DNA of 64,000 bases from Eledone cirrhosa (taxonomy: Eukaryota), in the NCBI GenBank assembly GCA_964016885.1, contig OZ024740.1, positions 135,284,001 to 135,348,000 of the forward strand. Reading direction: 5' to 3'. The translations under genes and the position numbers were made by a program. Each line of letters begins with the position of its first letter. Positions within the stretch are counted from its first letter, which is position 1. Of this stretch, positions 36,634 through 49,231 are shown piece by piece. The notes below the pieces were generated by a model, which saw only the letters and a list, made by a program, of their open reading frames with translations, made no database searches and was not told the origin of the DNA.

Positions 36634-37144
36634 ATGCACAGACAGAGAATATATAAGAAAAACGATGAAGTTTTGTTTACATCTTATATATCGTTTTATT
36701 GTGTATCACCAGGAAAGCCAACTGTAATTGTAATATGGTTGTATTCATAAGTTTTCTGGTGGTGGGAGGTGATAATTTTGGGGATGGGTAGAGGTCGTTG
36801 GCCAAAGGGTTTTAAAGAACAGGGATTCTTTGAAAAAACTATCGATCTGTTACACATATTTTGCAGAGGATTGGCTCAATACCACCCATGGAAGTTATGG
36901 ACTCGACTCCAGTATCAATTTGCTTCTCAGACTGGTTATTTAACAAAAAATAAAGTATTCCTGGTGATTAGTGAAATGTTGGATATATACCCAACATTTC
37001 ACCGATCACCCCAAACACTTCCAAGGGTGACCTTGAACTAATCCTTTGCAAAACGTGCATCAAAGGACAATACACAATAAAAAGATAGATAGATGTAAAC
37101 AAAACTTCATCGTTTATCTTATTATATATATTCTGTCTGTGTAT
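36634..37144. mobile_element. Foldback/MITE with ~75-bp TIRs and nested internal inverted repeats
   Basis: ATGCACAGACAGA...TTTTATTGTGTAT versus ATACACAATAAAA...TCTGTCTGTGTAT. Inner hairpin at 36963-37009. Confidence 0.75.
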
Positions 37145-37324
37145 CAAGTGCTCATATTGGTAACACCACTGGTAATTTACTGAATTACATACATTGCTGA
37201 GGTTAACTTTGCCTTTCATCCTTACGGGGTCGATAAAAAAAAGTACCAATAATGTACTGGGTAATTGCTGGCCTTGTGCCAAAAAGTAGAAACAATTATA
37301 TATATATATATATATATGGCGAAA

Positions 37325-37720
37325 TGGCAAAAAGCACCCAGCTCACACTGTAAAGTGGTCGTATAGGTGTCATGACAAAAAGCACCCAGCTCACACTGTA
37401 AAGTGGTTGTATAGGTGTCATGACAACAAGCACCCAGCCCACACAGTAAAGTAAAGTGGTTGTGTAGGAGTCACGACAAAAAGCACCCAACCCACATTGT
37501 AAAGCAAAGTGGTTGTGTAGGAGTCACGACAAAAAGCATCCAGTGCACACTATAAATGTAGTTGGCGTTAGGATGGGCATCAAGCCGTAGAAACCAAACC
37601 AGAAACAGTTCTGTGTGAGCAAGACACGGTCACCTGACCCAGCTTCCCTCAAATGCGGCAATCCGTCTAACCAATGCTAGTGTGGAAAAATGGACGTTAA
37701 ACGGTGATGATGATGATGAT
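37325..37720 (+). mobile_element. RTE-type 3' UTR with about six tandem 41-46 bp units
   Basis: AAAAAGCACCCAGC(T/C)CACACTGTAAAGTGG unit repeated, ending GGACGTTAAACGG(TGA)n. Confidence 0.85.
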
Positions 37721-37753
37721 TACACACACATATATGTATGTGTATGCATATAT

Positions 37754-37797
<44 letters not shown>

Positions 37798-37834
37798 CGA
37801 TGTCAACATGAATGGATCTGTTATTTTTATCTAG

Positions 37835-38010
37835 AGACATTTTTTCCAATTCCACCCTGCCCGTTCCTTCAATCTATCCTATTCTTTCTTCTGATGAAGG
37901 ACTAGCGTCCAAAACGTTAAGACCCTCTTCCTGCTATTTCAAGCACTAACCTAATATATTCCTTCCATATACTGTACCGATTGTGTTGTTATTTCTGTTT
38001 ACCTTTTACA
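37835..38010 (+). mobile_element. Probable Penelope-like terminal fragment carrying a minimal hammerhead (37887-37922)
   Basis: TCTT-CTGATGA-A-GGAC-tagc-GTCC-AAAA-CGTT-AAGA. Second copy at 40520-40700. Confidence 0.65.
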
Positions 38011-38749
38011 TATATATATATATATATACATACACATACATATATGTATATGTATGAGTGTCCATGTCATTGTTTACATTTATGTGTGTGTCTGTGTAAC
38101 ATAGTAGTGCAACAAAAAGAGATCAATAAAAAAAAGTATCAGAATTGGAACAAATCCGTATTGGGGTTGATATGATCAACTACATCACTTTAAGGTGATG
38201 CTCCAGCATGGCTGCAATCTAATGACTGAAGCCAATAAAACAAAAATGAAATAAAAGAAGAAAAGAAAAGAATTCCTTAGTTTGTTCACTCTTTGCTATT
38301 AATCTACTCAAGCGACATGACAGGGCTATACATAACAACAACAACAACATCAACAACAACTATGAAGTCACCATAACACCTATTTATTTAGTTAGAATTG
38401 ACGGAAGCAAACAAGCAAGAAAAGTTTGTATCCTTTGACTTGTTGTCAGTAGTCCAGCATTTTAACCTCTCAGTTGGAATGACTGCTGAAAGCTACTTAT
38501 GATTCAATGATGCCATTTCAAGTATTTGTTTCTGTTTTGTTTGTTTTATTGACGTTTGAAGAATCAAGAGCCAATATCAGCTTTGAACTTCATCTCAGAA
38601 CATTGTGGGCAACATGGCACTCTGCCTGACTGCAACAGCTTAATTGGAACAACATTCAATACAGAAATGACCTCAATTAAATCTTTGATTTATGAGACCA
38701 GCATATCAACGTGTTCAATATCTATATCAGTCAGTATCATTAATATTTC

Positions 38750-38822
<73 letters not shown>

Positions 38823-39094
38823 GCACACGTACACACACGCACACATACATATATATATAAATATACTCTACTATCTCAAGTATTGAGTACTCTGCTGAAT
38901 AATGGTCTTACTAGTTTAAAACTGGTAAAATACTGAGCTCTCTCTCACTATATATATACGTGTGTGTATGTGTGTGTGTGTCATCATCATCATCATCATC
39001 GTTTAACGTCCATCTTCCACGCTAACATGGATTAGACGGCTTCGTTCCATTTGATGCGGGAATGGTCGGGAGACCGTGTCTCGCTTGTACGGAA

Positions 39095-39200
<106 letters not shown>

Positions 39201-39381
39201 GAGAGAGAGAGAGAGTAAGGGGTTAACAGAACGGGGATGTGCGGATCACACCATGGTCTGTCGGTTGTGAAGCAGATAAAAAGAAGCACTCAACGACCTG
39301 TATAAATGGTACAAGACAGAACATTATATATTAATAAATGATCGGAGGCCATATTCAGTTGATTCAGGTTTATTTAAAACT

Positions 39382-39439
39382 CTGTTATACACATTTCACT
39401 GAGGACTATCAATTATGATAGCCTGAGCTCTTCAGACGG
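39382..39439 (-). ncRNA. Degenerate hammerhead motif (CUGAAGA variant)
   Basis: CCGU-CUGAAGA-GCUCAGGCUAUC-auaauu-GAUAGUCCUCAGU-GAAA-UGUGUA-UAACAG. Confidence 0.5.
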
Positions 39440-39498
39440 CAAAACCTAAAAGAAACAGAAAGTTCCCAAGAAACCTTTAAATTTGGAAAAATTTAATA

Positions 39499-39590
<92 letters not shown>

Positions 39591-39594
<4 letters not shown>

Positions 39595-40381
39595 TGCATG
39601 GCAGTGAGACCTGGGCATTGTGTGCAGAGGATATACGCAGACTAGAGAGGAACGAAGCTTGCATGCTCCGCTGGATGTGTAACAGTAATATACGTGAACG
39701 GCAAAGCATAAACGAACTAAGGAATAAATTAGAGATAAGAGGGATCAGATGTTGTTTACTCGAGAGAAGGCTACGTTGGTATGGACACGTGATGCGCATG
39801 AAAGTCGATAGCTGTATAACAAAGTGCAGGGCAATAAAGATAGACGGTAGTCACGGAATAGGCAGACCTAGAAAAACCTGGGACGAGCTGATAAACTCCG
39901 ACATCACACACTTACACCTCTCCAAGACAATGTCACTGGACCGAGACCTTTGGCGGTACTCAGTAACAGAGAAGACCCGCCTTACCTAAATATATAGTAA
40001 AACCTACTCCAGCCAGTAGGCATCTCTAACAAATACACCCCGTCCCACCACCCCCACCCGATCCACACCACCCCGTTCTATGTAAAGTTATGTTGGTGCC
40101 GCGCCATCGAGGCCGAAACAAATGAGATCGTGTAGGTGTCACGACAAAAAAACACACAGTCCACGCTGTAATGTGGCCGTGTAGGCAACACGGTAAAAAC
40201 CTCCCAGACCCACACTGTAAATGTGGTTGGTGTTAGGAAGGGCATCCAACTGTAGAAAACCTGCCAGACAGTCCTATGCGAGCAAGACAATCACTCTTGC
40301 CTCAAGTGGGACTACCCCCGTCCAAACCCATGCAAGCGTGGAACACGGACGTTAAACGTTGATGATGATGATGATGATGAT
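39591..40381 (+). mobile_element. 5'-truncated RTE subfamily A LINE inserted in (TA)n
   Basis: MLHGSETWAL...EKTRLT, near-identical to the 739-2193 copy. GAT tail, TA tracts on both sides. Confidence 0.95.
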
Positions 40382-40519
40382 ATATATATATATATATATA
40401 TATATAATGCAAGAAGCAAAGAAATTTTCAGTGATACAAAAAGATTTCCAGGTGGAAGTTCAGGTAAACTCCGGGTGTATATCCAGTTTCAGAGTGAAAA
40501 TCCAATTTGAAAATCGAAA

Positions 40520-40700
40520 GACATTTTTTCCAATTGCACCCCGCCCATCCCTTCAATCTATCTAATTTCTCATTTTTCTTCTGATGAATGACTAGCATCC
40601 GAAATGTTAAGACCCTCTTCTTGCTATTTCAAGCGTTAACCTAATATATTCCTTCCATATACTATACCGATTGTGTTGTTATTTCTGTTTACCTTTTAAA
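40520..40700 (+). mobile_element. Second Penelope-like terminal fragment with minimal hammerhead (40577-40612)
   Basis: TCTT-CTGATGA-A-TGAC-tagc-ATCC-GAAA-TGTT-AAGA. Homologous to 37835-38010. Confidence 0.65.
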
Positions 40701-40969
40701 TACATATATATATATATATATAAAATGTATATATTGAGTTAGGAACTCAAAATAGTCTCTTACAACAAAATAGCTCTAAGAAAGAGATATTTCTGAGCCG
40801 TATATTATAATAGAATATAAAAGAAAAGCGAACACAGATATATAGATATATGTGTTCAAATCGTAAGGGACCAGATTCGCTAAGGTGAAAAGAATACTAA
40901 TTGGGTTCGCTTGTCTCAATTTAAGAATATTATTTATATAATATTATATATAAATATATATATATATAT

Positions 40970-42020
40970 CGTGCTCTGGTGCAATAAGTAGCAGCAAGTG
41001 CCCACAAAATACTAGCTCTTACAACTGCGCAGAGGGCTCTATAGAAATAGTGGACAGCTTCCGTTACCTGGGTGACAAAATCAGCAGTGGGGGAGGGTGC
41101 TCTGAAAGTACAGTAGCTAGAGTCAGAACTGGATGGAAAAAGTTCAGAGAGCTTATACCACTATTAGCTGCTAAAGGGTTCTCCCTAAAAATGAAAGGCA
41201 GGTTGTATGATGCCTGCATACGAACAGCAATGTTGCATGGCAGTGAGACCTGGGCATTGTGTGCAGAGGATATACGCAGACTAGAGAGAAACGAAGCTTG
41301 CATGCTCCGCTGGATGTGTAATAGTAATATATGTGAACGGCAAAGCATAAACGAACTAAGGAAAAAATTAGAAATAAGAGGGATCAGATGTTGTTTACTT
41401 GAGAGAAGGCTACGTTGGTACGGTCACGTGATGCGCATGAAAGTCGATAGCTGTATAACAAAGTGCAGGGCAATAAAGATAGACGGTAGCCACGGAATAG
41501 GCAGACCTAGAAAAACCTGGGACGAGCTGATAAACTCCGACCTCACACACTTACACCTCTCCAAGACAATGTCACTGGACCGAGACCTTTGGCGGTACTC
41601 AGTAATAGAGAAGACCCGCCTTACCTAAATACATAGTAAAACCTACTACAGTCAGTAGGCATCTCTAACAAAATACACCCCCGTCCCACCACCCCACCCC
41701 ATCCACACCACCCCCTTCTATATAAAGTTATGTTGGTGCCACACCATCCAGGCCGAAACAAATGAGATCGTGTAGGTGTCACGACAAAAAACACACAGTC
41801 CACGCTGTAATGTGGCCGTGTAGGCAACACGGTAAAAACCTCCCAGACCCACACTGTAAATGTGGTTGGTGTTAGGAAGGGCATCCAACTGTAGAAAAGC
41901 TGCCAGACAGTCCTATGCGAGCAAGACAATCACTCTTGCCTTAAGTGGGAAAACCCCCGTCCAAACCTATGCAAGCGTGGAACACGGACGTTAAACGTTG
42001 ATGATGATGATGATGATGAT
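40970..42020 (+). mobile_element. 5'-truncated RTE subfamily A LINE
   Basis: Open 192-aa frame 41050-41628 matching the RT C-terminus. UTR and GAT tail. Confidence 0.95.
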
Positions 42021-42039
42021 ATCAATGATATATATCAAT

Positions 42040-42570
42040 GATTTTCAAATTTTATACTACAATAGAACCTATCATTGCACATCTTATAGTAGCTTTACAC
42101 TTTGCATTTTTTGTTCAGGGACAGCGACCTATCATTAGCTCCCACATTTTTCAACCGATTTCGTTCAAATTCGAAACTTCGGCTCCACCTCACACATAAA
42201 TCAATTTATTTGGTTCAACTTTTATACTACGATAGAACCTATCATTGCACATCTTATAGATGGTCAAAGGCAAAACAATGGCCACTGACATCGTCTGAGC
42301 TTTTAGTTGTGTTTTTGAGAATTCATCGGTTTCCAATCAAGTAGCGTGAGGAAATTTGGCTTAGTGTTAGAGGTCATTACCTCCCTCCCCCAGCATGCCC
42401 CTTCGTCAGTCACCTGCGTTTCTCAGTGATAGAGGTCATCACCACCCTCCTCCACATGGCCTCTGTGTGGCCATAGATGAGTTATTGAGAAGCAGTCGCT
42501 AAGATCAACACCTTTTCATCAAAGCAGATATTATTTTACCTACCCAGGCAACGCTGGGTACTGCTGCTAG
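42040..42570 (+). mobile_element. Helitron 3' portion (5' end not located)
   Basis: TACCCAGgcaacgCTGGGTA hairpin followed by CTAG|T at 42567-42570. Confidence 0.65.
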
Positions 42571-43059
42571 TATATACATATATATAAGTGAGTGTGTGTA
42601 AATATATATATATAATGCCTATCTCTTTCTTTGGATTTGTCTGCCTATCTTTATATTTGTATATGTCTCTCTAACTCTTCATCTATTCATCCTTTCAGTC
42701 AACCATTCATTTTCCTTATCTAGCTATCTATCTATCACCTTACCCCACTTAGCCATTAGCTAAGGTAGCCTACCAGCAAACCAATCAACCTGCTTCTCAA
42801 CCAATCAATCAAACCAGTGTTGTCTAGCCATTCTTAATGGCTGAAAGCAAGCACAAACACTTGAAATAGGTAGATCAGCTGATCAGATGCTATGTCATCT
42901 ATATATCAATATATACAAGGTAGTTAATTAGTTTAATGTGAAGAACATTTCATGCTGTGAATCACACATAGTCCACATGTTACTCTGCACATTTCCTCAC
43001 ACAATCTACATCACTGCTTCTTCTACCTTTAAAATATTCTCACTCACTTCACCACCTCA

Positions 43060-43790
43060 CCCCCCTCTCTCTCTCTCTCACCCTCTCTCTCTGTCTATCT
43101 ATCCATCAAGCTATCTATTTCTCCCTACCCCTCTCTCTATTCTCTCTGTCATTCTACATCTCTTTCTACTCTCTCTCCCACTATTTCCCCTCTTTCTTGC
43201 TCTATTTCTCTTCCACTCTTCTTTTCTCTATTTAAAAAAAAAACTAGTATCTATCTATGCCCTCTCTCTTTCTCTCACACTACCTTATTCCCTTCTCTCT
43301 TTCCTCTCTATTTATTCTCCTTCCTCTCTATCTATTCTCTCCCTCACTCTATATTCCCTCTAACACTACCTCTTCTCTTTCTCACACTACCTCTCTTTTA
43401 GTCTATATCTTTCCTAGTCACTCTTTTTCTCTCACTCACTTTTCCTTTCTTTCTCTGTTTCTTCAGCTACTCAATCAACCTCCTCTCTCTTTCACTCTAT
43501 CTCCACACTTTATCACTTTACCCATTTCCTACTTTCCACCTTCTCTCTCTTTCTCTCTTTTTCTCTCTCTCACATTCCTCTCATCTCTATTTCTTTAGCT
43601 ATTCTGTATCTGACCCCCCCCCCCACCTCTTTCTCAGTATCCCTATTCACCTCTTCATGTGACAGCATCTCTTTCTCACTCTACCTATCTTTTATTTTAC
43701 CTCTCTCCCATTCTATCTCTTCTTTCTCTCTCACTCTCTCTCTTTCCTTCTCCCTCTCTCTATCTCACTTTCTTCATTGTTGTTCTTATA
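43060..43790. repeat. CT-rich low-complexity tract
   Basis: Direct observation. Confidence 0.9.
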
Positions 43791-45189
43791 TTCTTATACT
43801 CATATATTGTCAAAGGCATTAAATCAGCAAAGTCGTTAAGGTGGCAGATTAAAAATACTTCAGTTTGTTTAGGCTCGCTGTACTCTGAGTTCAAATCCTG
43901 TCAAGGTTGAAAAATAATGGACCAGTCCATTACTGGGGGTCGATTGTTGTTCACTCTCTTGCTCACTAACACACACACACACACACTCTCTCTCTCTTTC
44001 TCTCTCTCACTTGCTTGCTCTTTTGCACGCTCTAGAAGAAATTGACTGTGTTCTGACCTGGTGAGGCATGAGTTGCATCAGGTTTAAAATGGCCAAGACA
44101 TGCTGGATGTCAAGGCAACGCACCTATTACTTCACAAGTTAAGGACCTTTTATCTACCATTTTTTGTCTATTTTATGACTGTTGTTCTTCTATCTCTTAC
44201 AAAACTTTATGTTACAAAAAAATTTCTATTGCATTTTTTTTTGTTGCTGTTGCTGTTGTTTTTGTTGTTGGTGGTGTTGTCATCATCAATAATGTGGTTA
44301 TTGATTATGTTTTTCTCTTTTTCTCTTTTACAGATTTTGAAATTTATTTCATTCTGTTGTTGTACATATAGTAAAGTGGTTGGCATTAAGAAGGGCATCT
44401 AGTCATATAAACCATACCAAAAAAGAGTAGAGTAAATCAAACCTGTCAACTCTCCTCATCCAATGGGGAAATCTCCCTGTTTTGGCTAATTTCTCCCTGT
44501 CTACCTGTTTTTGTGAAAATGGGTATAGCTTTCATTATGTAAAATTTCCCCATTTTACCTCATTTTTCCCCATTTTGGGGCACTTTTTTTCATGGTACTC
44601 CCCATTTAGGATTTTAGAAATTAGCAGGTCTGGTAAACTCCTCAGTCAGGTCAAAGACATGTCAACTTACCTACTACTTGTGCCATGAGAAAATGCACCC
44701 AGTACATTCTGTAAAGAGGTTGGCATTAGGAAGGCCAACCAACTGAAGCAGCCATGCCAAAAAAAGGTAGAGAAGACTCTATATTTGTGTCAAGGACATG
44801 ACAAGTTCCCTAGTCATGATATAATGTAGCCAGAACATTATGTTGTACAAATGGTTGTACAAGTGAATTATAATATTATTTATTTATTTACTTATTTATC
44901 TATTTTAATTTATAAAATGATTTAAGCATTTAACTTAAATAGTGAAAATATAACTTAATTGGACATTTTTTAAGCTTTTGGAAATTTTACCCACCTACCT
45001 TCATTATCAGTGTTATACTGTACTATTTTCATAGACAATATACATTTATTGCAAATTTACTAATGAGACGTTCACTTCTTTTAATCATATTTTAAGTTAA
45101 TAACTATTTACATTTTCAACATTAAAATTCTTTTTGTTATTTTGTATAATTATAATGAAATTAAAATTATTTTACCTGTGTGACATTAC

Positions 45190-45253
45190 CTGATGTTATC
45201 CATAGTGGCGAAAGTATACTCCCAAAATGATCCATCATATGATGTATTACATC
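45190..45253 (-). CDS. Candidate host exon (GCNTSYDGSFWEYTFATMDNI, or an alternative frame)
   Basis: Acceptor ttattttacaag|GA, donor CAG|gtaatg. Confidence 0.35.
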
Positions 45254-45266
45254 CTTGTAAAATAAT

Positions 45267-45457
45267 TGTTTCTACTTTTGACACAAGGCCTGCAATTACC
45301 CCAGTGCATTACTGGTACTTTATTTTATCGACCCTGTAAGGATGAAAGGCAAAGTTAACCTCGGTGGGATTTGAACTCAGAACATAAAGGGCCATAACTC
45401 TATGCTGCAAAGCATGGTGTCTGACACTCTACCAATACTGCCAATCCACACCCATCG
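45267..45457 (-). mobile_element. SINE family 1 with 18-bp TSD
   Basis: ACATCCTTGTAAAATAAT at 45249-45266 and 45458-45475. Confidence 0.92.
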
Positions 45458-46369
45458 ACATCCTTGTAAAATAATAAAATGAGGCTAGAATCAGCTAGTG
45501 AAGTCATATAGCCTCATAGTTAATGTCTTTGACTCACAACCATAAGGTCTTTGGTTTAATTCCTAGACTGAGTGGTGCATTGTGCTCTTGAGCAAAACAC
45601 CTTATTTCATGCTGTTTTTCAGGATAGATCTGAGGTGTCTCTCTTTAAAACACCCCAAAAACTCCTAAGGGATACACCCTCTTAGGAGGCCAGCTAAACC
45701 TGTATTGGTGTTAGCTGTAAATTCATTGTTGCATTTTTTTTTTCTACAGCAGCAATAGACTATGCAATCAGCATGAAAAATGAATTGATCATACCATTTC
45801 TGGCTACCCAGTCTTTGCAAAGACAGAGTATATCTATAAAATGACTGGGTTGGCAGTTGTGTCTGGACATTATGCCAATAGCTTAACATGAAAACTTAAT
45901 GACCTGGCTATGATAATCTTGGACACGCCTATCCTTACTCACAAAAAGATCAAAGAAAACCACCCAGATATCATCATCATCATCATCCTTTTTCATCTGC
46001 TTTCCATGTATACATGGGTTGGAGAGGTTGTCACAGTCGGAGACTAGACAAGTCAGAAAGACCACGTTCTGTTCATGTTTCATTTTTGGCATGATTTCTA
46101 CAGATATCACAATTAAGTATTGGAATAAGAATATATTTATTCTGATAGACATTTCAATCCCCTCTAACCAAATCACTGCATGAAAATTAATAAAAAGACT
46201 ATCAAAATACAAGGATCTTAAAATGGAAAGAGGTAAGATGTGGGATATGGAAGTAGAAAAACAATAGTACTAATAATAATTGGAAAATTAGGTATGGGGA
46301 AGAAGAACATAAACAAAAACATAGTAACACTTCTTCTCCTCCTCCTCCCACTTATTCTTGAAAGGAGGT

Positions 46370-46640
46370 CCTGTTGGAACCACTTGAAGCAACCATCTCC
46401 AATTGATCTGTCTGGATCCCTAAGTGAGACCTACCGAGCTCAGGGTCTACCTCTGGGTCTCCTGCCAGTTGGTTTTGCCCATAAAATCTGTCCAGTGATT
46501 CTCTCCTAAGACATTCTAACCACATGCCCATAGTATCAGAGCTGTGATCTCTCAATTCAGAGAAGTAACGGCTCTACCAGGAGTGACTCTCTGATCTCTG
46601 AGCTACAGACCCTATTGTGTAACATTATTCCAAAGAACCA
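46370..46640 (-). mobile_element. Decayed LINE C-terminal fragment (RTE-like), related to 4405-4550
   Basis: Shared GAAGCAACCATCTCCAATTGAT. Minus translation LGIQTDQLEMVAS preceded by a GRPR-type region. Confidence 0.6.
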
Positions 46641-47499
46641 ATATTATGAATATAAAAGTCATCCATAAGTGTTGATTCCAGTAGTTCAGCCATGTTTGCC
46701 AGCTAAAATGGAATGGAATGGAACTCCATTGGTTTTGACAATGAATGTTCCAGTTATTCAGTCAATGGAACAGTGTGCTTGTTAAATTCACATGCAAGTG
46801 ACTGAGCATTCCACAGACATGTGTACTCTTCACATAATTCTCAGGGAGGTTCAACATGACACAGTGTTTGACAAAGTTAACCCTTTTAATTTCGGGTGCA
46901 GCATATCTGATGGGCCTCTAAACAGTTTCTGTCTCCCCAATTACAACCACAAGGCTTGGGTCAACCATAGGTTACAGTAAATAATACTTGACAAAGATGC
47001 CACACAGTGAGATCAAACCTAGAATCTTATGATTGCAAAGCAAATTTCTTAACCATTTGGTCATCCTGTGTTCATATCCATCAGACAACTGGAGACATTT
47101 TGGCTCTACTAAGTACTTAAAAGAGATTTCCAAGGCTGGTGAAAAATAAGCAAACCACTGAAGACAATATCTGGGAAGACCTGAAATTGTTGCTTTTGAT
47201 GTGTGATCCACTGGCACTGAATCAGGTCCAATACTGACAATATATACTATTGGCTAGTGAATAAGCTGAATAGCTCTATACACAAGACATCAATAGTTCC
47301 ATACAAGCTGCTATCTCATTTGTTCCTTTTATAGCAAAATAATCCTTCCATCCGGCACCATATGGAGGAAAGCGCATTTCCAAACTGTTGCTGCAGTTTA
47401 TGCTTTTTATTGTTCTTGTTATTGTTGCTTATTTTTTTCCTCTTTTCTTTCTCACTTTTTTTCTCTCTTTTCATAATCCCTTTTTCTATTCCTACTCTC

Positions 47500-48480
47500 T
47501 TTCCTCTCTCTCTCTCTCTCTCTCTCTCTTTCCTTCCCTATTCACTTTCTCATCTTGCGTCTCTATTTCCCACTTTCTTCTCTTCTATTCCTTCCTTTCC
47601 CCCCTCTCCTATTCCCTCCTGCTCCTCCTTTTCCTATCCTATCTCCTCTTTCCCCCCTCACCTATATCTCTTCCTCTCCCTCTTCTATCCCCTCCTCTCC
47701 CTCTCCCATCTCCTCTTCCCCCCTCTCCTATAACTCCTCCTCTCCCCTTCTATTCTATTTTCTCCCCCCTCCCCTATATCTCTCTCTCTCCCTGCTTCTA
47801 TTCTCTTCTCCTCTCCCTCTCCCTCCCTCTCTATATCTCCATTACCACAAAGTTGAGATATTAGCATGTTTTAGTTGGTGGTGGTGTTGATGGTGGTGGT
47901 GGTGGTGGTGTTGATGGTGGTGGTGTTAGTGGTGGTGGTGGTGTTAGTGGTGTTGTTGGTGGTGGTGGTGATGGTGGTGGTGCTGGTGTTAGTGGTGTTG
48001 GTAGTGGTGGTGGTGGTGATGTTGTGATAATGGTGGTGTTGATGGTGGTGGTAGTGTTAGTGGTGTTAGTGGTAGTGGTGGTGATGTGGTGGTGTGGATG
48101 GTTGTGGTAGCGGCAGATGTAATGATGGTAGAGGTGGTGGTGGTGGTGATAGTGGTGTTGCTGGTGGTGGTGGTGTTAGTGGCGGTGGTCTAGTGCTGGT
48201 GTTGATGGTGGTGGTGGTGTTAGTTGTGATGGTGGCGGTGGTGGTGGTAGAGTTTGTGGTGGTGTGATGCTGTTGATGATCTGGTGGTGTTCGTGGTGGT
48301 GGTAATGGTGGTGGTGGTACAGATGGTGGTGGTGGTACAGATGGTGGTGGTGATGGTGGTGGTTGTGTGGTGCTGTTGATGATGGAAGTGGTATTAGTGG
48401 TGGTGGTGGTATTGATGGTGGTGATATGGTGATATGGTGGTGGTGGTGGAGGTGGTGGTGGTGGTGGTGGTGGTGGTGAT
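47500..48480. repeat. CT-rich tract followed by degenerate (GGT)n tract
   Basis: Direct observation. Confidence 0.9.
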
Positions 48481-48629
48481 GTTTCAGCTATTAATATAAT
48501 TGTTTCTACTATTGGCACAAGGCCAGCAATTACCCAGTACATTACTGGTACTTTATTAATATAATACTTGGAGACTATACTTTTGGTATTCATATAAATG
48601 TGTGTTTATACATGTGTGTGCAGATGTGC

Positions 48630-48960
48630 ATTTGTATGTATGTATATATGTATGTATGCATGTATGCATGTATGTATGTTTGTGTGCATGTATACATGTA
48701 TGCACGCATGCATCTATGTATGTTTGTGTGCATGTATACATGTATGCACGCATGTATGTATGTATGTTTGTGTGCATGTATACATGTATGCATGCATGTA
48801 TGTATGTATGTTTGTGTGCATGTATACATGTATGCATGGATGCATGTATGTATGTTTGTGTGCATGTATGCATGCATGCATACATGTATGTATGTGTGTA
48901 TGTATGTATGTATGCATGCATGTATGTATGTATGCATGTATGTATGTATGTGCACATGTG
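48630..48960. repeat. TATG/CATG compound microsatellite with ~36-40 bp higher-order unit
   Basis: TGTTTGTGTGCATGTATACATGTATGCA recurs several times. Confidence 0.9.
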
Positions 48961-49231
48961 TGTGTGGACATGGATGTTTATATTTGTATTGTATATTATG
49001 TTTCTATGTGTGTATGTGTATGTGTTTGTGTGAGTATTTACATGAATGTGTGCATTTGCATTTGTATAAGTCTGTGTGCGTATGTGTGCTTTTGTATATA
49101 AGTGTGTATAGGAATGTGTATGTTTGCATTGTATATTGGTGTGTGTATATGTGTAGTATGTATGTAAATATATATATGAATCTGTATGTTTGCATTTGTA
49201 TCAGTATGTGTGTGTGTATGTATATTATATA

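Noticed and set aside
38556-38936. 126-aa ORF
   Set aside because: Second half is a CA repeat. First half has no recognisable motif or donor site
42938-48593. Leu/Ser/Pro-rich ORFs
   Set aside because: Products of CT-rich and GGT-rich low-complexity DNA
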